Notes under the pieces: generated by a model
Seen by the model: the letters and a program-made list of their open reading frames with translations, nothing else
Told to the model about the DNA's origin: nothing
Databases searched by the model: none
Shown: piece after piece, positions 9,087-17,564 of the stretch
Position numbering within the stretch: position 1 is the first letter of the stretch
Layout: each line of letters opens with the position of its first letter
Translations under genes and position numbers: made by a program
NCBI GenBank assembly: GCA_900696485.1
Contig: CAADGG010000013.1
Span: 124,015-188,014, forward strand
Reading direction: 5' to 3'
From: an uncultured Pseudomonadota bacterium
Lineage (GTDB): Bacteria > Myxococcota_A > UBA9160 > PR03
Length of the DNA stretch: 64,000 nucleotides

Positions 9087-9748
9087 ACGTCGCCCTCGCG
9101 ATCCTGTGGAAGGATCTCGCCACAGAGTGGCGGGGTCGCGATCGCGTCGTGGCGATGGCGGTGTTCTCGTTCCTGGTCGTCGTGGTGCTGCACTTCGCCC
9201 TGCCCGCTCGGGATGCCGAAGAGGCGCGGCGTCTCGCTCCGGGACTGCTGTGGGTCGCGTATATCTTCGCCGCGATCCTCGGCCTCAACCGCGCGTTCGC
9301 GCTCGAGCTCGAGAACGAAGCGCTCGCCGGTCTCGCCCTCGCGCCAGCGGACCGGGGTTGGATCTTCCTCGGCAAGGCCGCCGCCAGCTTCGTGATCCTC
9401 GGGGCCGTCCAGGCCGTCACCGCCGTCGTGTTCGCCCTGGCGTTCGACGTCGATCTCGCCGCCATCGCGCCGTCGCTCGCGATCGTGGTGGCCCTCGGGT
9501 CGCTCGGCATCTGCGCCGTCGGAACGCTGCTCGGGGCCGTCTCGGTCCGCACGCGCTATCGCGAGGTCATGCTGCCGCTGTTGATGCTGCCGCTCCTGGT
9601 TCCGGTTCTGTTGGCCGCCGTGGATGCGACAGCGGGACTCCTCGAAACCGGGACGCTACGTTGGCGATCGGTCCAGCTGCTGCTCGTGACCGACGCCGTG
9701 TTCTGGATCGTCTCGTTCACCAGCTTCGAGTACGTGCTGGACGAGTGA
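9083..9748 (+). CDS. ccmB: Heme exporter membrane protein CcmB
   Basis: 221 aa, 6 predicted TM helices. The N-terminus 'ILWKDLATEWRGRD' is typical of CcmB. The GTG start overlaps the ccmA stop (GTGA). Confidence 0.85.
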   Translation: MNVALAILWKDLATEWRGRDRVVAMAVFSFLVVVVLHFALPARDAEEARRLAPGLLWVAYIFAAILGLNRAFALELENEALAGLALAPADRGWIFLGKAAASFVILGAVQAVTAVVFALAFDVDLAAIAPSLAIVVALGSLGICAVGTLLGAVSVRTRYREVMLPLLMLPLLVPVLLAAVDATAGLLETGTLRWRSVQLLLVTDAVFWIVSFTSFEYVLDE

Positions 9749-9788
9749 GCCCTGGGGACGACGGCGTGCCGGGGGATACGCGACGCTC

Positions 9789-10529
9789 ATGACTGCACCG
9801 GGACCCGGACCGTCCGGCATCGAACGCCTCACGGCCCGGCTGCGAGGCCCGACCGGATGGCTGTTGCTCGTGATCCTGGTGCCGTGGTTGGCGGCGGTGG
9901 CCTGGGCGCCCGAGGACTCGGTGCAGGGCGTGGTCCAGAAGATCCTGTACGTCCATCCGCCGCTTGCGTTCGCGGCCTACCTCGGATTCCTGCTGACGGC
10001 ACTCGCCGGCGGCGTATTCCGCTGGCGGGGCGACGAGGCTTGGGACCGGCTGGCCCGCTCCTCGGCGGAGGTCGGCGTGTTGTTCTGCACGCTGGTGGTG
10101 GTGACCGGCCCGATCTGGGCACGCGGCACATGGGGCCGCTGGTGGTCGTGGGATCCCCGGCTCACCGTCACGTTGCTGCTGTGGTTCGTCTACCTCGCGT
10201 ACCTGCTGCTGCGTGGCTTCACCGAGGGCAGCGAGCGCGCCGCACGTTTCGCCGCGGTCTATGGAATCATCGGGATTGCAGTGATTCCGCTCAACTATTT
10301 TGCGATCGAGCTGGCCGGTGGACGAGCCATCCACCCGGAGAATCTCGCGCGCGGAAGCCTCGGCGCCGGCATGGGGCTCCCGTTCCTGTTGGGCACGCTG
10401 GCGTCGCTCGGCGCCTTCGTCCACCTGGTCGTGCGCCGGGTCGAGCTGGAAGGGCTCCGGAACCGGCTCGCGGAGCGGGCCGGCGCTGACGGCGGACGGG
10501 GCGAGGAGTTCGGCTCGTGGGATACGTGA
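9789..10529 (+). CDS. ccmC: Heme exporter protein CcmC
   Basis: 246 aa polytopic protein with the WWD motif 'WGRWWSWDPRLT'. Confidence 0.9.
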   Translation: MTAPGPGPSGIERLTARLRGPTGWLLLVILVPWLAAVAWAPEDSVQGVVQKILYVHPPLAFAAYLGFLLTALAGGVFRWRGDEAWDRLARSSAEVGVLFCTLVVVTGPIWARGTWGRWWSWDPRLTVTLLLWFVYLAYLLLRGFTEGSERAARFAAVYGIIGIAVIPLNYFAIELAGGRAIHPENLARGSLGAGMGLPFLLGTLASLGAFVHLVVRRVELEGLRNRLAERAGADGGRGEEFGSWDT

Positions 10530-10672
10530 TCGCCGCCTATGCCGTCACGCTCGGCACCGCCGCTGTCTACCTGCTCCGTCTGGCCCGCGAGCGGCGCAGC
10601 CTGGTGCGCGAGTTGGGAAGCGAATCGGCGCGTGAGCAGCCCGGCTCGCCCGCCGGTGCCTCTCCGTCGTGA
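10517..10672 (+). CDS. ccmD: Heme exporter protein CcmD (small single-TM protein), not in the supplied ORF track
   Basis: Hand translation from the GTG at 10517 gives VGYVIAAYAVTLGTAAVYLLRLARERRSLVRELGSESAREQPGSPAGASPS*. This is one TM helix followed by a basic stretch, in the CcmD position after ccmC. It overlaps the ccmC end by 13 nt. A GTG at 10526 is an alternative start. Confidence 0.55.
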   Translation: MGYVIAAYAVTLGTAAVYLLRLARERRSLVRELGSESAREQPGSPAGASPS

Positions 10673-10680
10673 AATTCCGG

Positions 10681-10709
10681 TTGACTTCCGGGGCCGCGAA
10701 CAGTACAAC
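10681..10709 (+). promoter_or_regulatory. Candidate sigma70-type promoter (TTGACT-17 nt-TACAAC) at the start of a 780-bp non-coding region
   Basis: TTGACT at 10681-10686 and TACAAC at 10704-10709, with a 17-nt spacer. There is no ORF within ~750 nt downstream. Confidence 0.3.
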
Positions 10710-10934
10710 CAAGAAGCTCGCAAGCTGCGGCTCTCGTTGCGGTTTTCAGGCTCTCAAACGCGGTTCTCCGAACCCCTCGAGAATCGTGCCCGCGGGTCGG
10801 CGACCGTGGCCTCGGCCGGCAGCGTGCGAGGCGGCGATCCGAAGGGGTTCTTCCCTTCGGATCCTCCGTGTGGTTCCGGTTCCTGCACGGTGCAGAGCTT
10901 CGGGAGTTCGGACGCAGAACTTTTGACGCAGGGA

Positions 10935-10970
10935 CGCAGATTGGCGCGCAGATTGGCGCGCAGATTGGCG
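10935..10970. repeat. Tandem repeat, 12 bp x 3 perfect copies (cgcagattggcg), with degenerate flanking copies
   Basis: Read directly: cgcagattggcg at 10935, 10947 and 10959. Related 'gacgcag' words occur at 10911, 10925 and 10933. Confidence 0.9.
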
Positions 10971-11454
10971 CAGGATGGCGCCCGGGGCCGCCGGGATCGT
11001 CGTCCGGTCCGGCTTCCTTCTTGTGCACTCGTTCCTGGCCCTTGGGCTCTCGAGTCCCCCGCTGCCTTCAGGCGGTGACGTCGACTGCCAGACCGAGGAT
11101 TTGCTTGCCCCCCGCCCCGCTTTGGACAGCTGCATCCGCCTCGATCGCCGATCGCCTCGCTGCGAAGGCCTTTGCATGCCCGGGGCCTACGCGAGCGGCG
11201 CAGTTCCCAGTGAGGGATCCCGGCCGCCGCATCAGGCTCCGAGCGGCGTGCCCCGCCCACCGGCAGGACTCCCGTGTAAGCTCTCGCGTGCAAAGTGGAA
11301 TCGCGACCTCCGCACGCTTGGCATGCGGACTGCTAGATCGATGGACGTTCGGCACCGGGCATCGGGCGAGCGCAACGCCACAACCGTGATGAACCCCCGC
11401 CGGACGGCCCCCACGCCGGAACACGAGCGGCGATCCGAGGATGAGACAGGAACC

Positions 11455-11952
11455 ATGGCCACCATGAAGCGCGGCGTCGGCTACTGCGAGAACACGGACT
11501 GCGAGGACTACGCCAAGGGCGTGTTCCTGCTCAATCACGGCGACACCTTCTACTGCCCCCGCTGCCGGCAGCTCGGCAAGGTCGAGAAGGAACGCGGTTT
11601 CTACACCGGCAACTCGGACGTCTTCAAGGAGGTCCGCGTCGAGTACAACTACGATCCGATCAACGGCGTCTACCGCGAGATCGGGATCGTTCGCGACGAG
11701 AGCCTGTGGGGCCGCAACAACGTCTACACGCTCCAGAGTCCGTTGATCAAGACCGAGAAGCGCGCCCTCAAGGTGGCGGAAGCGATCCTCGCCAATTTGA
11801 ACCGCTACCGTGGCCTGCTCAACGGCGACGAGATCCCGCGCACCACCGAGATCCTGTTGTCGTTCGACGAGCCCTACGAGGAGTTCCAGCGCAAGCTCTC
11901 GCAACTCAGCAGGGAGTGGGAGGCGAGCGGCCTCCGCGAGGGCCGGCGCTAG
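11455..11952 (+). CDS. Hypothetical protein with an N-terminal zinc ribbon (C-x4-C ... C-x2-C), 165 aa
   Basis: ATG at 11455 within ORF 10975..11952. Third codon positions are strongly G/C-biased from this ATG onward. 'GYCENTDCEDYAKGVFLLNHGDTFYCPRCRQLG'. Composition is Tyr/Asn/Glu/Lys-rich, unlike the neighbours. Confidence 0.6.
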   Translation: MATMKRGVGYCENTDCEDYAKGVFLLNHGDTFYCPRCRQLGKVEKERGFYTGNSDVFKEVRVEYNYDPINGVYREIGIVRDESLWGRNNVYTLQSPLIKTEKRALKVAEAILANLNRYRGLLNGDEIPRTTEILLSFDEPYEEFQRKLSQLSREWEASGLREGRR

Positions 11953-12012
11953 CGCACTCCGCAGGTTTCTCGACGTCTCGATTCCCGATTCCAGCTTCGA
12001 GTCGTCTTCCAC

Positions 12013-12036
12013 GGGTCCGGTCGCAAGACCGGGCCC
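12013..12036. terminator. Hairpin between convergent genes (10-bp stem with one G-U pair, GCAA loop)
   Basis: gggtccggtc-gcaa-gaccgggccc, between the stop at 11952 (+) and the stop at 12053 (-). There is no strong U-tract. Confidence 0.4.
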
Positions 12037-12052
12037 GTTGCGTTCCGGGAAC

Positions 12053-12583
12053 TCACTCCTCGCGGCGACGCATCGTGAGATCGATGCGGATTCCGGCCGC
12101 GATGGCCGCGAGTCCCAGGTGTTCGCGCCGCGCGAGCGGCGCCGGCAGTTCACGCAGGGCGTCGTCGAGCGGACCGCGAAACCACGGGAAGATGCCGTCC
12201 GGGAGGGCTTCCACGTCGAACCACGCGACGCGCGGCATCTCGCGACACGGCCGCAGCCTACCTCCCCGCACGCGGCATACGTACACGTGCGCGCTATGGG
12301 ACCGGAACCCGGTCCGCACGTAGTCGCCGACCCGGCGCTCGAGCGAGATCTCGAGACCGGTCTCTTCGGCGACCTCGCGATGCAGCGCCGCCTCGTCGGA
12401 TTCGCCGGCCCGCACGGCGCCGCCGGGCAGTTCCCAGCCGCGCAGATCACGCCGCTCGCAGAGCAACACGCGATGATCGCTTCGTACCACCGCCTGCACG
12501 ACCCGCGCGCGTCCGGCGCCGCCGACCGAGCGGGGCGCCAGAGTCTCCCAGACCACGTGTCCCCAGGCGGGTAACGCCGTCAT
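12053..12583 (-). CDS. NUDIX hydrolase
   Basis: ATG at 12583 inside ORF 12053..13564. Nudix box 'GGAVRAGESDEAALHREVAEETGL'. Confidence 0.8.
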   Translation of the reverse strand: MTALPAWGHVVWETLAPRSVGGAGRARVVQAVVRSDHRVLLCERRDLRGWELPGGAVRAGESDEAALHREVAEETGLEISLERRVGDYVRTGFRSHSAHVYVCRVRGGRLRPCREMPRVAWFDVEALPDGIFPWFRGPLDDALRELPAPLARREHLGLAAIAAGIRIDLTMRRREE

Positions 12584-12618
12584 CAGCGCCCGCAGGCGCC
12601 CGGCCACGCGCGCGACTC

Positions 12619-13506
12619 CTAGTCCACGATCTTGGAGAGCGGGTACTCGACGATCCCGGTCGCCCCGCTCTCCTTGAGCTTCGGCAACAGCTCCCGGACC
12701 AGTCGCTCCTGGATCACCGTATTGATCGCAACCCAGCGTTCGTCCGCCAATGTCGAGATCGTGGGGGTCGCGAGCGCAGGGAGCTGCTCCAGCACCTTCT
12801 CCAGCCGATCCCGTGGAACGTTCATCATCAACCCGACGCGATCGATCGCCGCGATGGCGCCACGCAGCAGCAGAAGCAGGCGATCCATCTTGTCGCGCTT
12901 CCAGGGATCCTGCACGGCGGCCGGATGCGCGATGAAGCGAGGAGTGCTCTCGAGCACGACGTCCATCACCCGCAGATGGTTGGCGCGCAGACTCGAACCC
13001 GTCTCCGAGACGTCGACGATGGCATCGGCGAGCACCGGCGGTTTCACTTCGGTGGCGCCCCACGAGAACTCGACCTCGGCGCGTGCGCCGTGCTTCTTCA
13101 GATAGGCCTTCGTGAGCCCCACCGCCTCGGTCGCAATGCGCTTGCCCTCGAGGTCCTTCACGCTCCGGAAACGGGCGTCCTCCTTGACGGCCAGCACCCA
13201 GCGGACCGGGCGGTAGTTCGGCCACGGCGCCCGCAGATCCGCCAGCTCCTTGACCTTCGCCTTGTTCTCGAGCACCCAGTCGAGTCCGGTGATGCCGGCG
13301 TCCATCACACCCTGCTCGACATAGCGAGCCATCTCCTGGGCGCGAATCAGGATGCACTCGATCTCGGGGTCGTCGATGGTCGGATAGTACGAACGAGACG
13401 GCACGCCGATCTGGTAGCCGGCGTGCGCAAACAGCTTCACCGTCGTCTCCTGCAGACTGCCCTTGGGAACGCCGATGCGGAGCATCCGTCTGCTGGAACT
13501 CTTCAC
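12619..13506 (-). CDS. hisG: ATP phosphoribosyltransferase, long form
   Basis: '[12 protein letters not shown]...', '[16 protein letters not shown]', and a C-terminal regulatory domain. The GTG at 13506 overlaps the hisI stop (GTGA); an ATG at 13485 is an alternative. Confidence 0.9.
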   Translation of the reverse strand: MKSSSRRMLRIGVPKGSLQETTVKLFAHAGYQIGVPSRSYYPTIDDPEIECILIRAQEMARYVEQGVMDAGITGLDWVLENKAKVKELADLRAPWPNYRPVRWVLAVKEDARFRSVKDLEGKRIATEAVGLTKAYLKKHGARAEVEFSWGATEVKPPVLADAIVDVSETGSSLRANHLRVMDVVLESTPRFIAHPAAVQDPWKRDKMDRLLLLLRGAIAAIDRVGLMMNVPRDRLEKVLEQLPALATPTISTLADERWVAINTVIQERLVRELLPKLKESGATGIVEYPLSKIVD

Positions 13507-13919
13507 TTTCCGTACACCTCGGCTGGATCGAAGACCTGCTCGCCCTCGTCCGCCCAGCTCTCACCGTCCCAGCGACGGAAGAAACAACTACGCCGGCCGG
13601 TGTGGCACGCGGCGCGGCCGATCTGCTCCACCTCGAGCAGCACGGCGTCGGCGTCGCAATCGATCCGGATGTTCTTCAGCCGCTGCACGTTTCCGCTCTG
13701 CTCGCCTTTGTGCCAGAGCCCCCGACGGCGGCTCCAGTACACGACCTCCCCGCGGGCCAGCGTGGCCCGCAGCGACTCCTCGTTCATGTGCGCGACCATC
13801 AGGATCTCGCCCGTGGCGGTATCCTGCGCGATGGCCGTCACGAGGCCGTCTCCCTTCGCGAAGTCGAGGGCGGCCAGCGCAGCGGTGATGCGATCGGGAT
13901 CGGATTCGGGCGCAGACAT
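13503..13919 (-). CDS. hisI: Phosphoribosyl-AMP cyclohydrolase
   Basis: '[25 protein letters not shown]...G...[17 protein letters not shown]....I..DCD.DA.L..VEQ.G.ACHTG..SCF'. Confidence 0.9.
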   Translation of the reverse strand: MSAPESDPDRITAALAALDFAKGDGLVTAIAQDTATGEILMVAHMNEESLRATLARGEVVYWSRRRGLWHKGEQSGNVQRLKNIRIDCDADAVLLEVEQIGRAACHTGRRSCFFRRWDGESWADEGEQVFDPAEVYGK

Positions 13920-13933
13920 GGCGGCGGCGGAAC

Positions 13934-16507
13934 CTACCCGGCCCGAAGTGCGGCCGCCAGACGCTCGGCCAGGCCCGCCAGCTCATCGAAACGTGCGCCG
14001 CGCACGTAGGTCGGCTCGCGCGCGCCCTCGCTCCGCACGCGCTCCAGGATCCCGCGCCGGGCCAGCGCGTCGAAGGCGCCGGAGAAGGTCGCGGGATTCG
14101 CCGCCTCCCGGCCCGTCACCTCCCCGAGCAACACGCTGCGTTCGAACGCATCGGCCGCGCGCCGCGTGAGCTGGCGGGGCGTTCCGAGCTGCGGGTCGCC
14201 CAGCGCAGAGTCGAAGGCCGCCGCATAGGCTTCGAGCAGCCCCCGCGTCTGCATCGCAAGCCGGCCCAGGTAGGGGCGACCCTTTTCGGTGGCGACGACC
14301 ATGCCCTCGCGACGCTCGATCACGCCGAGCCGTTCGAAGTAGTCGAGGAAGGCCTCCCCATGCGCCGCCAGCACCAGGCCCCGCGGCGTGAACAGCTCCT
14401 CGTGGAACAGATCGAGCCAGAAGCGCAGATCCTCACGGAGTTCCGCGGGCGTCGCCCCTTGAAGCAGCCGCCGAGCCTGGAAACTCGGCGCGGCCAGGAA
14501 ATGCAGGATGCCGTTGCGATAGAGATCCAGTGCGCGACGCGCACTCTCGTCGTAGCAGAGGATGTCACCCCGCGGATCGCTGATGGATTTCACCAGGTCG
14601 CTTCGCAGCAGGAACGCAATGGCGTCCTCGAAGTCGGCGAAGTCACGGGCCAGCGCCGGCGTCACCCGGGCGTCCTGGAGCCGCAGCAGGTCGATGATCT
14701 CCTGCATCCGCGTGACGAGTTCATGACGACGCAGGCCGCGGCGCGTCTCGCCGAGGAACGCCGCGGCCGACACGGCCGTCGCATTGGCGACGGTCGTCGA
14801 GTTGATGCGCTCGACGATGCGGTTGCCGAGTTCGACGATGAACTGGCGCTTCTCGGCGGCATCGGCCGGCGTGGCCTCCGCGGCAAAGCGGGCGCGACGA
14901 TCCCCGAGCGAATCCGCCAGCGAGATCGGCTCGCCGAAGCTCAGATGGGCGCTCCCCCAGCGGCGACGCAACACCTTCCGGGCGCGCACCAGGCCGAGCA
15001 TGCTCTCGTCCTGCTTCTTGCTGCCCTCGAGCTCCGAGACGATGGCCCCTTCCTCGATCAACCGTTCGTAGGTGATCGAGATCGGCACGAAGAAGAGATC
15101 TCGGCGCCCCGATGCCAGGAAGCCCTCGACGTCCCACGACAGCATGCCGAGCTTGGGCGCCAGCGTCCGGCCGGTCCGCGAGCGGCCGCCTTCGATGAAG
15201 AACTCCTGCGTGAAGCCCTCCTTCACCAACCAGATCACATAGGCGCGGAAGACCTCCTTGTAGAGGGGGTCCTCGAACGACCTGCGCAAGAAGAAGGCGC
15301 CGGCGCGCCGGAACAGGAACCCGAACGGCCCGAAGCCCATGTTCTCACGTGCCGCGATGTGCGGAGGAACCAGGTGGTTGGCGTAGAACAGCCACGAGAG
15401 CAGCAGGAAATCGAAGTACGATCGATGGCTCGGCACCAGCACGATCGGATGGCGCTTGGCGTACTCGGCGACCTTCTCGAGGCCGCTGGTCTCGACTGCA
15501 ACGAAGAGGCGCCGGAACAGGACCGTGACGATCGCGTTGAGGATCGCCAGGAAGGTCGAGTTCATGTTCGCCGCGATCTCGCCGAAGCAACGCTCGGCTT
15601 CCGCACGGGCCTGTTCCGGCGTGCGCCGGCGCTCCCGGACGCGGACCGCCATCGCTTCGTGCACCACCGGGCTTGCGAGGACCGCGTCTCGCACCTTGTG
15701 GAGCGGAGGCAGCGTCGGGCCTTCGACGACCTTTTCCTCGCGCCACAGGAAGACCAGGATCGAGCGCCGCACCTTGCGCGCGACGGACTGCAGGCCTTCG
15801 GAGCGCCGCTGTCGGACGAAACCCGTCAGATCGATCGGATCCCCCACCTTGACCGCCAGGTTGCGGTAGTTGACGAGGAAGGAAGACACTTTCGCAATGT
15901 CGCTGGGCCGGGTGGGCGCCCCATACGCGAGGTTCAGGAAGCGTCGCTCGCTGCGCGGCCCTTTGCGCCAGAAGAGCGCGAGCGGAACCACGGAAACCGG
16001 CGCTCCTCCCTGCCAGACGGCGCCCACCGTCTCGGCGAGCAGGTCGAGGTCCGCCTGGGCTGCGGCCGCCCTCGCGCGACGACCGAGCAGCCGCGAACTC
16101 AGGCGTTCCGTGCGCAGGAAGACGAACACCGACGAACCAGCCGTGACCAGCCGGTGCACGCGCTCTCGCGGCCCGACCGCACGCCGACGTTCGCGCCGGG
16201 CGCTCCAGCGGGCACGCAGCGACTGCCACAAAGGCTGGTAGTAGTCGAAGTGGATGCCATTGGCGAAGGCCGACAGACGCAGGCCATGGCGCAGGAACAG
16301 CGCATTGAACAGGAAGTAGTCGAGCCGGCTGGCATAGCGCATCACGTAGATGACGGTGCCGGCGCGCTCGAGCTCGCGCAGCTGTCCGATCGTCGGATCC
16401 TCGAGATGGATTCCGCGAAAGAAACGCCGCGCGAACCAGCGGAAGAACAGATTGAAGCGCGGCGCCATCGCCGACAGCGGATCGCGAAGGTCGGCGTCGC
16501 TGGGCAT
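13934..16507 (-). CDS. plsB: Glycerol-3-phosphate acyltransferase PlsB-like
   Basis: ~857 aa. Acyltransferase H(X)4D motif '[13 protein letters not shown]', '[11 protein letters not shown]', and a long C-terminal PlsB-type domain. I chose the ATG at 16507 because the upstream 40 codons are Arg-rich. Confidence 0.8.
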   Translation of the reverse strand: MPSDADLRDPLSAMAPRFNLFFRWFARRFFRGIHLEDPTIGQLRELERAGTVIYVMRYASRLDYFLFNALFLRHGLRLSAFANGIHFDYYQPLWQSLRARWSARRERRRAVGPRERVHRLVTAGSSVFVFLRTERLSSRLLGRRARAAAAQADLDLLAETVGAVWQGGAPVSVVPLALFWRKGPRSERRFLNLAYGAPTRPSDIAKVSSFLVNYRNLAVKVGDPIDLTGFVRQRRSEGLQSVARKVRRSILVFLWREEKVVEGPTLPPLHKVRDAVLASPVVHEAMAVRVRERRRTPEQARAEAERCFGEIAANMNSTFLAILNAIVTVLFRRLFVAVETSGLEKVAEYAKRHPIVLVPSHRSYFDFLLLSWLFYANHLVPPHIAARENMGFGPFGFLFRRAGAFFLRRSFEDPLYKEVFRAYVIWLVKEGFTQEFFIEGGRSRTGRTLAPKLGMLSWDVEGFLASGRRDLFFVPISITYERLIEEGAIVSELEGSKKQDESMLGLVRARKVLRRRWGSAHLSFGEPISLADSLGDRRARFAAEATPADAAEKRQFIVELGNRIVERINSTTVANATAVSAAAFLGETRRGLRRHELVTRMQEIIDLLRLQDARVTPALARDFADFEDAIAFLLRSDLVKSISDPRGDILCYDESARRALDLYRNGILHFLAAPSFQARRLLQGATPAELREDLRFWLDLFHEELFTPRGLVLAAHGEAFLDYFERLGVIERREGMVVATEKGRPYLGRLAMQTRGLLEAYAAAFDSALGDPQLGTPRQLTRRAADAFERSVLLGEVTGREAANPATFSGAFDALARRGILERVRSEGAREPTYVRGARFDELAGLAERLAAALRAG

Positions 16508-16578
16508 GGCGCTGAAGGTAGCAGAGGACCCCGCGCAGCCAGGGTCGGCCGCACGCCGCGCAGGGGACGAAGCGGAGG

Positions 16579-17424
16579 CTATGCGAGGATTTCGCCGATC
16601 TGCCCGGCGATCTCGTCGGGCGTCCACAGACCCTCCTTCTTGGTGACGCCCGGGGTGCGCACCATCCGCATCTCGGAGATCTGACCGCCGCCGACGAAGA
16701 AGATCTTCTTCGTCACGTCCTTGGCGAGATCACTGGCGAGATAGACGATCAGCGGTGCGATGTGTTTCGGAGACATGCGCTCCTGGAACGCCTCGTTCTT
16801 GGCGAGCGGCAGATCCTCGGTCATGCGCGTCAGCGCCACCGGGGCGATCGCGTTCACGCGGACGCCGTACTTCTGACCCTCGATCGCCAGGCAGCGCGTG
16901 AAGCCGGCGATCCCGGCCTTGGCCGCGCCATAGTTGGTCTGGCCGAAGTTGCCCTCGAGACCCGACGTCGAAGACGTATTGATGATCGAGCCACCGCGAC
17001 CCGACTCGCGCATGTGCAGGAAGATCGGCCGCGTCACGCAATAGGTGCCCTTCAAGTGCACGGCAACGACGGCATCCCACTCCGGTTCTTCCATCTTGGC
17101 GAAGGTCTTGTCGCGCAGGATGCCCGCGTTGTTGACCAGCACATCGGCCTGGCCGAACGCGTCGAGGGCGCTCTTCAGGATGCCCTGCCCGCCCGCCACC
17201 GTCGCGACGTTGTCGTAGTTCGCGACGGCGGTCCCACCGGCGGCACGGATCTCCTCGACGACGGAGTCCGCCATGTTCTGGCCGGTTCCGGTCCCATCAC
17301 GGCTCCCGCCGAGGTCATTCACGACGACCGCAGCGCCGGCACCCGAAAGCGCCAGCGCGTGCTCCCGTCCGATTCCACCGCCCGCGCCCGTCACGACCGC
17401 GACCTTCCCATCGAGCAGTCCCAT
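16579..17424 (-). CDS. Short-chain dehydrogenase/reductase (MFE-2 / 3-hydroxyacyl-CoA dehydrogenase-like)
   Basis: 'VAVVTGAGGGIG', 'NNAG', 'SSTSG...YGAAKAG' (the Ser-Tyr-Lys catalytic pattern). Confidence 0.85.
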   Translation of the reverse strand: MGLLDGKVAVVTGAGGGIGREHALALSGAGAAVVVNDLGGSRDGTGTGQNMADSVVEEIRAAGGTAVANYDNVATVAGGQGILKSALDAFGQADVLVNNAGILRDKTFAKMEEPEWDAVVAVHLKGTYCVTRPIFLHMRESGRGGSIINTSSTSGLEGNFGQTNYGAAKAGIAGFTRCLAIEGQKYGVRVNAIAPVALTRMTEDLPLAKNEAFQERMSPKHIAPLIVYLASDLAKDVTKKIFFVGGGQISEMRMVRTPGVTKKEGLWTPDEIAGQIGEILA

Positions 17425-17464
17425 GTCTGTCTCCTCCGTCGAAAAACGCTCGCATCCTAGCGAA

Positions 17465-17559
17465 CCGTCAAGAAAGGGGCCGGGTTCGAAACGTCAACTT
17501 TTCCCGGCCGGAACGGCCGGGAAAAGTTGACGTTTCGAACCCGGCCCCTTTCTTGACGG
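17465..17559. repeat. Perfect long palindrome (46-bp arms, 3-nt loop); copy 1 of a dispersed palindromic element
   Basis: ccgtcaagaaaggggccgggttcgaaacgtcaacttttcccggccg-gaa-cggccgggaaaagttgacgtttcgaacccggcccctttcttgacgg. I checked the arms base by base. It ends 5 nt beyond the stop (17565-17567) of the minus-strand GNAT gene. Confidence 0.95.
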
Positions 17560-17564
17560 CGAGT

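Noticed and set aside
10710-10930. Possible 6S RNA, RNase P, SRP RNA or tmRNA in the large non-coding gap.
   Set aside because: I found partial end complementarity (gaagct / agcttc) and a 'tcgcaagc' word reminiscent of 6S RNA. I could not build the long interrupted duplex with a central bubble by hand. I also saw none of the conserved RNase P, 4.5S or tmRNA boxes. It is kept only as an unclassified candidate sRNA locus; an Infernal scan is needed.
14360-16684. 774-aa + strand ORF.
   Set aside because: It is antisense to plsB, which has the HxxxxD acyltransferase motif. The product is Arg/Glu/Asp-rich with no domain pattern.
17478-17495. tRNA T-arm-like 'ggccgggttcgaaacg' inside the palindrome.
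   Set aside because: No acceptor, D or anticodon arms can be built. The motif is simply part of the 46-bp palindrome arm.
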